A stretch of DNA of 38,355 nucleotides, taken from assembly GCA_032718475.1 (NCBI GenBank), contig JAUCBJ010001683.1, positions 1-38,355 on the forward strand, read 5' to 3'. The notes under the pieces were generated by a model, which saw nothing but the letters and a program-made list of their open reading frames with translations, ran no database searches and was not told the DNA's origin. The translations under genes and the position numbers were made by a program. Source of the DNA: Nemertoderma westbladi (taxonomy: Eukaryota; Animalia; Xenacoelomorpha). Of the stretch, positions 12,558 through 22,109 are shown in pieces (the first letter of the stretch is position 1; each line of letters opens with the position of its first letter).

Positions 12558-13806
12558 CAAGTAATCAATCAATCAATCAAGTAAATGGTTCACAGTCGGC
12601 AATGGCGTTCGTCAGGGAAGTTTGATTTCCCCGATTTTGTTCAATATCTATCTCGATGAACTGAGTCAGCGTCTTAACAGTTCTAAAGTGGGCTGTATAG
12701 TATCGAAATTCCTGATTAATCACCTTTTATACGCTGATGACCTTTGTCTCATTTCTCCTAGTATCTACGGTCTCCGTGGCCTCCACCGCATCTGCGAGAA
12801 TTATGGACTGCAGTTCGACATCTCCTTTAATCCGACGAAGTCGAAGTGTATGTATTTCTCCCCAACTAAATTCGGCCGCATGGGTGATGTATATTTGAAC
12901 GGAAAGATTCTAGAATGTGTTAAAGAATATACTTATTTGGGACACATAATATCCTGTGACTTATCCGACGAACCGGATATTACGCGCACCAAGCGATCTC
13001 TTTATTGTAGAGGAAACCAGCTCTCCCGTATGTTTTCGAAGTGCAGTTTACCTATAAAGACTCTTCTCTTTAAGGCTTATTGCTATTCGCTATATTGTGC
13101 ATCCGTATGGTCGACTTTCCGTGTAGAGTGTCTGCGGACCGTTAAGGTGGCGTACAACTCTGCATTCAGACATCTATTTGGGTATAGGCGTTGCGACGAC
13201 GCTGACACAATATTTGTCTGCCACCGTGTTAACAACTTCAAAGCTGTCAGCCGGGTACTGGCATTCTCGTTGCGTAATCGCGTCGCAATTTCCTGCAATC
13301 CAATCCTTGTAGCTTGTGCAAACTTAGGTTACTCATCTCTCACTGATCGATGGGATGTGCTGTTTCTGTAATGCTCACCCTCCACTTCATGGCTTGCCCC
13401 CACATTATCGCGGCCTTCTCATATTTCAAATCCTTGCAAATATTATATAATATGAATTAATTCAATGTATATCTTATTATTTTTTTTTGAATACATCACA
13501 CCTGAGCGACCGGTACTCAATTTTAATATTTAATATTTTGAATTCAGTAATGGGAATTGCTATTCTTTCGGTATTGGTTGGGCAGTGCCTGAGTGTATCT
13601 TTTTTTTGTTTTCTTTGTATAATATTGTGCTTTCAAATTGAAAATGCGGTACCTTGGATATCGATTTAATTTAGTATTCTATATAGTATTCAATGTATCC
13701 TTGTGCATTTAGGTATTAATTGTGCTATGCTGTTAAATTTGGTAGAAATAATCTGTACAGTATGTTTTATGGGCTCTGCCCGATGAATAAACTTGAAATT
13801 GAAATT
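12558..13806 (+). mobile_element. 5'-truncated LINE (RT C-terminal half, Proto2/RTEX-like)
   Basis: GVRQGSLISPILFNIY...HLLYADD...YLGH (ORF 12622-13371), 3' UTR, AATAAA and (TTGAAA)n tail. Candidate TSD GATAT at 12553-57 and 13807-11. Clade call is tentative. Confidence 0.85.
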
Positions 13807-14541
13807 GATATATCCCCAAAATAATTGTAGAGCATGCTGGGCAATTTGTCCTTATTCATTTTATTTACAATCCTATCGCGGAATGCTTGTACCTGTTCGT
13901 CTGTAATGGTACTTGGTTTCTTTGTACTTTTCTTTTTTATAATTGCAGTGATAGGAATTGCTTGTTTACAGTTCTTTATTTTGGACATTTTAGATGCTCC
14001 AAAAATGCTCCTTAAAATTCTAGAATTTTTACCACCTAGTTAAATAACTAGACAAAGAAGACTAAATAATTTCCATCTAGTGCTAATCTACCTATCCCGC
14101 ATTGTTCGCTGTAAAAACGATTAAAAAATCGATTAACGAAACGCCTGGCAGTATTTAGCTAGCTATATTTGTTTTTAGCTACATACAGCTCTACGGTACA
14201 GGTATGGGCAAAATAAATATTATTCTAGAATAATCGCCTCCATACCGCTGTCCTAGAATCGATTCTTAACACAACATAAATACACATCCAAATAAATACC
14301 TACTGTAGCTACATTTATTATTTGTTTTATTTTAGATACTGCAATATTATACTTTATATTAGCCAATCAACTGCGCTTGACAACTGTTGCTGTGTTATGG
14401 CTGACGTCAATCGTGCAGTTTTCTGAAACGGCCTGATTTTTAATCTATAATATAATTTATTAAACCAAAAATATTGGTACAGTAAAAACAATGTACAAAA
14501 TTTCACATATGCATATGGTATTACGAAGAGATTACGCACGA

Positions 14542-17331
14542 TTAATTAAGATTGTTGTAATAATATAAACTTTTAGAGTTCGCTCTACAAGATATGAGAT
14601 GGTACTGCGACGCAGGCTCGCCACAGAGTCTACAACAGCAACTACTAGAGGCTTCGTAAAAACGCCCTGTCGAGCAAATATGGTGATGGTATCCGTGCAT
14701 TGCTAAACGTGAGAGAATTTGTCGAGACTTTTGGTTCGAGTTCGCCCAACTTCGATCAGAGTGGAGTCCTAAAGACCAAAATTCACTTTGGATGTCGTCG
14801 AGTTTTTCATTAATATTACTGTGATAGATATTAAACTCTGTTGTGAGTGGAAGATTTAACTTATCCACCAATTCCAGTGTCAACGGAGGTTCCTGAGCCA
14901 ATGCGTAGACTAGGCGATTTTTACTAAATTTTGAAACTGATAGAGTCTTCTTCAGATAGACTGTTTTAATTTTATCTAAAGTTTCCATATCACTGGATTT
15001 CAAATGGGGCCATATTACTCGTAAACCATATGTTATGACCGGCACAATCTTAATAGAAAATAAGCGCATAGCTGTCGATACTGACAATAAGTGCGGATCG
15101 TGTATGGAATGGATTGCTTTTAAACATTTACAAGTGACTGCAACACAATGTTTGGTAAACGATAGGGACGGTTGAAAAATCATTCCAAGATACTTGTAGT
15201 TATTTACTATTTTGACTAGTTTTCCATTTAAGTAAAATTTATCGTTTAGACACAACTTCCCACCTCGTCGAAACTTCATAATAGCAGTTTTATCCAAATT
15301 AACTTCAAGACCATTTGCTTGTGTCCAATCCCAAAGGGCGTCTAATGCGGCTTGAATTTCTTCTCTAGTATGGGCGTAAAATAAAAGGTCATCAGCAAAC
15401 AGCAATATTACAACTTCGCCTATTTTCCGTACTGCTTCTCTAACAAAACCAACAATATCAGAAATGAAAATCACAAACAATAAAGGACTGAGACATTCAC
15501 CCTGTGCCAATCCCCGTATCTGGGCTATAATCTTAGATAACCGCAGTCCATCATATATTCTAATAAAATTTGTTGACAAAATGGCTTTAATTATTCTGTA
15601 GAGGCTTCCACGAATATTGAAATGATAATAGAGCTTGTACAGAAGTAACTTACGCGGTACACTGTCAAAAGCTTTACGAAAGTCAACGTAAACTGCATAC
15701 AATGGTGATCTTGGTCGAGACAGTTTAGATTGAATATCTTTAATGAACTTGGTTAATGCCATTATAGTGGACTTGCCGGGCATAAATCCATATTGTTCTG
15801 ATGGGAGCTTATTAGACACTCGTAAAAGCAAACGCTTCTCTACTAAACTGGTGAATATCTTAAACATATTGTACAAAAGTGCAATTCCACGATAGCAATC
15901 AGGATCCGATCTTGAGCCTTTGTTTTTATATAATACCTTAATTACACTGTTCTTCCATTTATTTACTAGGGTACCTGTTTGTAAACAGACATTTAACAAA
16001 GTTGTCACTAGAAGGAGAGTTACTGGTAATGACGATTTTAATGACTCATAATATACTTTATCTGGACCACCCGATTTATTACTTGGTTTCCCCTTTATTA
16101 TTTCTTCTACCTCTTCCATAGAGAAGGGAGGTTCTTCAACACATTCAGCCTCAGCTTCACTTTCGCTATCTTCGCTTAATGAAGTTTCACCTTCGGGATT
16201 GTAGATATTCTCAAAATGTGTTTCCCAAGTCTTTAAATCAATTAGACAACTTTGTTCTTGGTTCTTCTTCTTAGCCCATAGATATGGTTTCTCCTCGGCT
16301 TCTTGTATGAGCTTTTCTTCTTTTAGCAGCGAATAACTCTTCTGTTTACATTTTAAAAGGTCTTTGTACTGCTGTTTTTGAACGCGGAGCTGGTCTAGTA
16401 ATGATGAATCATTTTTGACTGCATGGCTTAATAGTAAAACATCTTTGCGCTTATTGTAGCATTCTTTATCAAACCATCTCTTTGAGAACTTACTTTTTAC
16501 CGTAATTTTAGGAGATGAGTCGATGATGGATTCAACTAAAAGGTCGTAGGCGTCGTCGACGTTCTTATCCATAAGAAAATCATTGATAGTTTCTAGTCGC
16601 CCATCTTGCAGAAGCTTATCAGTATCTACTTTACGCGAATGAGGAACAGATTGGGCCCCGTTTGTAGGCTGCCTTCCTGTCTCCCGCTTCCAAACTGAAC
16701 TAATAATACAATGTTTACGAATGTCATCAGGCCTTACACTTATATTGATTGACTGTTTACTTGCAAAAATCAAATCGATTACTGACGATCCATTACAAAC
16801 ATATGTGGGCTCAGATGGGTCGTTTTGCATAACTAGATTGAAGTCCTCCATCAGGATTTCAAGAGCCAGAGCTTTGGAAGTAGGCTCAATATCTTGTCTC
16901 GCATTAAAATCACCACCTATGGTTACAGACCCATCAAAGTTCATTGGAATAGCATCGAAAATATATAAAACACCATCTATGAAATCAGTTAAACTTGTAG
17001 TTGGAGGAAAATAACAAGTCACAAATATACCCTCGCTCGAGGATACCATAATGAATTCTTTACACGATTGAATTAGTTTAGGTTCAAGCTCAGGTTTAAT
17101 TGCAATAGTTAAACCTCCATACGGTCTACCTCTTTCTGGTTTTACTGCCGGATAATCATAGGTATAGAAGCCTGGTATACATGTTGGACCATCCCAATAT
17201 AGAGTTTCTGCTAGTAAAATAACATCGGATTGCACAAAAATCGGCTTTTCGTGAGACAAAAGTAGTATCGTGTTTAAACCTTCAATATTCCAAAAAGAGA
17301 CAACAAAAGAGCACTCACCAGAATCCTCATG
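14542..17331 (-). CDS. LINE ORF2: APE endonuclease, reverse transcriptase, C-terminal CCHC finger
   Basis: Open frame from 17331 (HEDSGECSFVVSFWNIEGL) with LAET, GGDFNAR, SVIDLIF (APE); YRGIALL, EQYGF, VDFRKAFD, GLAQGECLSP, FADD (RT); CRLC...H...C. No in-frame ATG before the APE start. Confidence 0.9.
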   Translation of the reverse strand, partial: HEDSGECSFVVSFWNIEGLNTILLLSHEKPIFVQSDVILLAETLYWDGPTCIPGFYTYDYPAVKPERGRPYGGLTIAIKPELEPKLIQSCKEFIMVSSSEGIFVTCYFPPTTSLTDFIDGVLYIFDAIPMNFDGSVTIGGDFNARQDIEPTSKALALEILMEDFNLVMQNDPSEPTYVCNGSSVIDLIFASKQSINISVRPDDIRKHCIISSVWKRETGRQPTNGAQSVPHSRKVDTDKLLQDGRLETINDFLMDKNVDDAYDLLVESIIDSSPKITVKSKFSKRWFDKECYNKRKDVLLLSHAVKNDSSLLDQLRVQKQQYKDLLKCKQKSYSLLKEEKLIQEAEEKPYLWAKKKNQEQSCLIDLKTWETHFENIYNPEGETSLSEDSESEAEAECVEEPPFSMEEVEEIIKGKPSNKSGGPDKVYYESLKSSLPVTLLLVTTLLNVCLQTGTLVNKWKNSVIKVLYKNKGSRSDPDCYRGIALLYNMFKIFTSLVEKRLLLRVSNKLPSEQYGFMPGKSTIMALTKFIKDIQSKLSRPRSPLYAVYVDFRKAFDSVPRKLLLYKLYYHFNIRGSLYRIIKAILSTNFIRIYDGLRLSKIIAQIRGLAQGECLSPLLFVIFISDIVGFVREAVRKIGEVVILLFADDLLFYAHTREEIQAALDALWDWTQANGLEVNLDKTAIMKFRRGGKLCLNDKFYLNGKLVKIVNNYKYLGMIFQPSLSFTKHCVAVTCKCLKAIHSIHDPHLLSVSTAMRLFSIKIVPVITYGLRVIWPHLKSSDMETLDKIKTVYLKKTLSVSKFSKNRLVYALAQEPPLTLELVDKLNLPLTTEFNIYHSNINEKLDDIQSEFWSLGLHSDRSWANSNQKSRQILSRLAMHGYHHHICSTGRFYEASSSCCCRLCGEPASQYHLISCRANSKSLYYYNNLN

Positions 17332-17826
17332 TCAATCAGACTGGCCATGATTTGTCTCACTGTCTGCAGTTGCGGTTGTGCGGCGGCTTGGCTGTCTCAT
17401 CCGCAAGCCGAGTGCCTGCCGCTCAGTGTTGGTAAGGAAATAGTCCCGAATTACTATACCTGACTCCCATAGGTTGGGGTCCATAATGCGATCACGGTCC
17501 GCTTGTTTGCACGTAATATGGAATCCCCTAAATGGCGAGTTCCCATCTTTCAGCGGGAGAGGATGGACATCATCAATATTCAGACTTTCTCCTTCAAGGA
17601 AATCTTTAATCTCATCCTCCGTAGTGTTTGGGTCCAACCGCCCAATGTAAACGTGCGCCTTCTTGCCGTTTTGATCCTCATTTCCCTTTACAACACGGAG
17701 AGGGCCACCAGACCGACAACCCCGTACCGGCGCAGGCCTCCTATAGTCTGTCGGGTGGTTCATTGATGCCGAACCGCCGCCGCTTCCTGTATGGGAGTTA
17801 CTGTCGGGTCTCGATATGGAGTTCAT
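17332..17826 (-). CDS. LINE ORF1, C-terminal part (RRM-like domain)
   Basis: HVYIGRLDPNTTEDEIKDFL...GFHITC...LWESGIVIRDY; homologous to the start of ORF 36062-37051. Confidence 0.75.
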   Translation of the reverse strand: MNSISRPDSNSHTGSGGGSASMNHPTDYRRPAPVRGCRSGGPLRVVKGNEDQNGKKAHVYIGRLDPNTTEDEIKDFLEGESLNIDDVHPLPLKDGNSPFRGFHITCKQADRDRIMDPNLWESGIVIRDYFLTNTERQALGLRMRQPSRRTTATADSETNHGQSD

Positions 17827-18206
17827 TGCCGGATTTTCGTTGACGGAGCGGTAAGCATTTCCGGTTGAGGCCGCGTAACCATTCCCCGGACTACCGATGC
17901 AAATGAGCGGGAGTTCGAGTTCGAGTTCCGTTGTCCAGAACTCTCCGACTGGAGGTGCTTTAACAGATCGTCCTTTGCCTCTATTGTTTCTTTTCGCGCT
18001 ATTGCAGTTTCCTTTCGCGACTCTGCTAAGTCTGACAGTGCAGCCCTGTAGTCGTACTGAGATTCTCGATACTGAGCATTGATCCGTGCGAGCATGTCTC
18101 CTAGCTGGTTCTCGTCGTCGGTTGATACACTTTTCTTCTTTTTTATTGCACAGAACAGAGCCCGAAGGTCGGTCTCCGCCCTGGCAAACGAATCTGGGTC
18201 AGCCAT
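17823..18206 (-). CDS. LINE ORF1, N-terminal coiled-coil part
   Basis: 127-aa helical ORF ending in SFASVVRG; homologous to 37082-37473 (KKKSVSTDDE / KKSISNNDE). Confidence 0.7.
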   Translation of the reverse strand: MADPDSFARAETDLRALFCAIKKKKSVSTDDENQLGDMLARINAQYRESQYDYRAALSDLAESRKETAIARKETIEAKDDLLKHLQSESSGQRNSNSNSRSFASVVRGMVTRPQPEMLTAPSTKIRQ

Positions 18207-18662
18207 TAGTATTAATTATTAATATTAATATTAATTAGCATTAATTTCCTAGCTAGCATAGCAGTTTAATCTAAAAATTGTGTATTTATTAAATAGAATA
18301 AATAGTTAAATAGAATAAATAGTTTTCTGAAACGGCCTGATTTTTCGGTGTTACTAATTTTGCGTTTTAAAATTGCTATAACTCGGCCAATATTAATTTT
18401 TTTGAAGTAAAATTGCTCTCTGGGGTTTTTTCACATGCTCTTTCACATGAAACCAACGAAAACTCGAAAAAAAATTTCCAAGTCGTCTACCCCATTGTTG
18501 ATGAGCTTAGGTTGTCCATGGCGCCACAACATCCAATTTCATAGTGGCCATTCGCGGTCTGGCGAATGGCATCCTTCGTAATCTTTAAAGACCATTTCTT
18601 CTGTTCTGACATAGCGGTCTCATAACTAGCTGGTTCTGCTGAGTCCTCTTCCAACCACTTAA

Positions 18663-20228
18663 CCCTATTAAACCCGGGGGGGGGGGTCAATATGACCCCC
18701 CCCCGTGGTTTTTTTATTATAATTCTAAAACAAACGCAGTTGGGAATCTGAAATTTTATGACTTTTCCTAAATATCTATTGTCTTCATGGTAGTGAAAAC
18801 CGTTTTCAAAAATATTGGGTACTTTTCGAGTTATAGCACCATATTTTAACCCTACTTTTGGCACTTTTTTTGAGACGTTTTTTGAAAATTACGTTTCATT
18901 AAATATGAATTGTAACATCTCTATTTTTGATTTACACCGGTTTTTTGGTGTTAGAAATTGGAGGGAATTCATATAAATTGATTTTGAAATTTCAAACTTG
19001 TTTTTTTCGATGGGTGCCAAATTTTGGTGCCAGCACCAAATTTTGAAACAAGTCAATTTTGTAAATTGATTGTTTGAAACTTGTTTTTTACGCAATTGGG
19101 GTTTTTTGGGGGTTCTGGATTCGATGAAATATATACGAGTTGCATCAAGCGTATCAAACTTGTATTTTTCGGTGCTGTGTGCAAATTTTGGTGCTAGCAC
19201 GAAATTTTGAAAATCTATTCAATATATAAAATTGCTTGTGACAATTTATTTCTTGCGTTTTAGAGGTTTATGGCTGTTCTGAATTCAATGGAAAATATAA
19301 TTATCGAACTAGACATCTCAAACTTGTATTTTTCGGATGTGGGTGCAAAATGTGGTGCTAGCACCAAATTTTGAAAACCATCAAATATATCAATTGATTG
19401 TGTCACCTTGTTTCTTGCATTATACGGGTTTGTGATGGTTCTGAATACAATGGAATCAATAAAAATTTCATAAGAGTTCTCAAACTTGTATTTTTCGTCG
19501 GTGGGTGAAAATTGTTGTGCCAGCACCAAATTTTGGAAAATATGCAAATTGATAAGTAGATAGTATCACCTTGTTTCTTGCGTTTTACGGGTTTATGAGG
19601 GTCCTGAATCCGATGGAATCAATAAAAACAGCACTGGACATCGCAAACTTGTACTTTTTGGTGATGGGTATGAAATTTGGTGCTAGCACCAAAATTTGCC
19701 AAATTACCCCGAAAAATACAAGTAGCAATGATCTGGCATATTGGAAATGTATTCCATTAGAATCAGCGCCCTCGAAAACCTGAAAATGTGAATTTATAGC
19801 ATCGTATAAGTGAATTAAAAATTTTATGTTCTAACTGAAAAGTGCTGGTTACTTGTTTTTTTCATTTTTTTCCTACGCAGAGAGGACTAAACAGCCATTT
19901 ATAATAATCATATCATTTTTAAATATTTTCCAATGTATTTTGCACCCGAAAAAACCTGTATTGAAAAATAATTAGCCGAAAATGTAACTTTCAAATTTTG
20001 TGAAAATTGTGCACTACTTGTAATTTTGGTGCTGCAATATAACCACCCCAGTACATTTTTTCGAAAAATTTTTTTTTCGGTCGGATCCAGACAAGTGATA
20101 CCTACGTACAAACAAAAAATCAGAAGTTTTCGTTAATATTTGCAGATTTTAGAGGGGGGGGGGGGTCAATATGACCCCCCCCCCCCCCCGGTATTTGTAC
20201 AACATTTTATAGCCCGGTACTAATAGGG
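18663..20228. mobile_element. Non-autonomous piggyBac element (1566 bp)
   Basis: TTAA|CCCTATTA...TAATAGGG|TTAA (TSDs 18659-62 and 20229-32). Subterminal palindromes G(n)TCAATATGAC(n) at both ends; no transposase. Confidence 0.92.
18960..19700 (+). repeat. ~162-bp tandem repeat (~5 copies) inside the piggyBac
   Basis: aaattt(t)ggtgc(t/c)agcaccaaattttg recurs at about 19020, 19185, 19348, 19510 and 19675. Confidence 0.85.
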
Positions 20229-22097
20229 TTAATGGTTTTCTCTGTCAGCAGTTTATCAAGCGCTGCTTGCACTGTGCCATGGTCCTCGTCTACGTCGTCA
20301 TTTGCTGCAGTGGCTAGCGTCAATATGGCTGGTAGGATCGCAAGCCTCCCGGTATCACTAGTCAGTATCGAAACGTTGTGAAGTGGTTTGACAACCTTTG
20401 GATCTGTCAGTAGGCTCGCAAGCCTTCCATGATCCACGACCGGTGACAAAACGTTGTGGAGTGGCTTGACAAACTTTGGATCTCTCAGTAGGCTCACAAG
20501 CCTTCCAAGATCATTGTTTGTCGACACATCCACCGCATCAACCCTTTGGTCTTTGGTAGTCGACACAACCTGTTTCGCTGCAAATAGTGGTAAGGTGTAG
20601 AGGTTTGTGTGGTCTCGTCCAAGTCAGTTACGTCAGTGTCTGTAGCGACGCAAGTCTGTAGATATACTGACTGTACGGTAAGACCATGAGAATGTGAGGG
20701 AGAATTTACTAACGTAGTAGTTAACAAACTACACATACTCAATACATCGTCCTACTGATCATTTACCACTAATGAACGCACAGGTGACCTAGTATACCAA
20801 CCTATGGGAGTTCTGCAAGCGTAAGGGTTGCCTGTTGTCACTACAGATGGGCGTGTCTCCCATACTTGATGCAAGTTAAATTGGTCTGTTGCAATTAACA
20901 TCGCTATAGAGCGATAGTTAACCCAATAGTGTGATGTACAGATCCCCAGATACAAACCAGATGAGAACTGTTCCGTTTCCAGCATCGCGGACGAATCTTT
21001 TACCTCCCAAATCTTTTACCTGATCCTCGAGGTAGTCCAGAAATGAGTCCTTGAGTCCTGAAAAATCGAAGGTGAGAGTTCTACGGACTACTCTACGAAA
21101 ATATTTTCCTAGGTACCGATACAAATTGGTCTTTAAACCTTGCGTTCCTTTTCAAGTACCAAAAAAAGGTAACACCGCACACACATGGCCTAAGACAAAA
21201 TAAATCACAAACTAGCTAACTATAGCTAGTCAAATACAATAAAACTATTCTACAATTACTAACAGCCTAAAATTTAAAATTATAGAATATCGCTTACTGT
21301 TACAGAACGCACAAAAATTAGGCCTATATGTACCATTTACTGTAACTAATCATAAGTATATATATTAATATATATATCGCTTACTGTAAGGTCCAGTAGT
21401 ATACCGCATACCACATCCCAGTAATGAATACCTTACTGTAGAATCCAGCAGCATATACGGGTTTGTACAGTATCTACCAAGAAATCCCATTCCAGGGCAT
21501 GTCTAAATAAACAGATACCAAAGAACACAAACTACTACTGGTGAGGAACGGAGCCTGATGTCCCTTCTAATACTTGGGCGAATCAATTGCCCAGGCTAAC
21601 TGGACAATCAGGGTGACCGGCCTCTAACCAGTGAGGCAGATGTACAGTCTACAAGTACAGACCAAACTCACGGGAAATCAATCCCCGCGTAGCGAATCCT
21701 AACTACCGCTAACGGACCTAAATACTGTAGACTTGCCGCGGTGTGATTTATATGGGTATAATACGAGCTAACGGGTCAACCAACAACACTAGTGTAAAGA
21801 ACAATACTGCCGAAAGAAAAAGCAGAAAAAAGTGCCAGAGGGCGGAACAATACCTCAACAAACAATCTTAAGCTGCGTGTGTGTGTGTGCGTTACGAAAA
21901 AACAATTTTGGTGTACCGCTGTTGTACTAGGTTTTGGTGACTTTTAACAAAATAACAATACTGGGCGCTAGCTACTAGAATAAGCTAGTCGTGCACTGTA
22001 GGTGCAATACTTACAAACTGACGTCAAAAGGGCTCTCTCCTCCTTTATTCACAACTCGATCGGGCAATTACAGTGTTAGTAACTACGCCCATGATCG

Positions 22098-22109
22098 CCA
22101 CTGATACCA
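22098..22109 (-). other. Candidate primer-binding site of the minus-strand LTR element
   Basis: Minus strand reads ...TTACA|TGGTATCAGTGG: an LTR-type CA end followed directly by TGG, resembling the tRNA-iMet PBS TGGTATCAGAGC. Confidence 0.55.

Larger units (their letters stand above)
11069..14030 (-). pseudogene. YqaJ / lambda-exonuclease-family gene of the ISL2EU, spliced, interrupted by a LINE fragment
   Basis: QSDCPMWHHLRYGRVTASK (12088-~12290) splices in phase 1 to GVKGLKDTQAMKRGRDLE...LGASPDA...EVKCP...QIQLQM (11069-11526). Upstream pieces at ~12503-12557 and ~13807-14030; start codon uncertain. Confidence 0.85.
14442..18320 (-). mobile_element. Full-length LINE (RTEX/Proto2-like) with a 25-bp TSD, inserted in the right TIR of the ISL2EU
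   Basis: AGTTTTCTGAAACGGCCTGATTTTT is duplicated at 14417-14441 and 18321-18345. Contains ORF1 pieces and an intact ORF2; AATAAA near the 3' end. Clade call is tentative. Confidence 0.92.
7750..18493. mobile_element. ISL2EU (PIF/Harbinger-related) DNA transposon with nested insertions
   Basis: TIRs GGGGTAGACGAC...GTCGTCTACCCC (~173 bp near-identical, 7750-7922 vs 18321-18493). 2-bp AT TSD (7748-49 and 18494-95); removing the element restores the BEL frame PKLINNYPLTLKRL. THAP-DDE transposase plus YqaJ exonuclease is the ISL2EU gene set. Confidence 0.9.
18496..22109 (-). mobile_element. BEL/Pao element, upstream internal part (5' leader, truncated gag/protease, pre-RT linker), interrupted by piggyBac
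   Basis: IAMLIATD...NPYACRTPIGW (protease-distal motif). The frame LDKLLTEKTIKWLEED...AMSEQ...GHYEIG is continuous across the piggyBac TTAA site. The 5' boundary rests on the PBS candidate. Confidence 0.75.

Noticed and set aside
7750-18493. Kolobok or P-element assignment for the THAP-containing transposon
   Set aside because: The 2-bp AT TSD, DDE_Tnp_4-type motifs and YqaJ partner fit ISL2EU, not TTAA (Kolobok) or 8-bp (P) TSDs.
18889-20111. Short ORFs inside the piggyBac as transposase remnants
   Set aside because: They are translations of the tandem repeat or AT-rich filler, with no piggyBac catalytic motifs.
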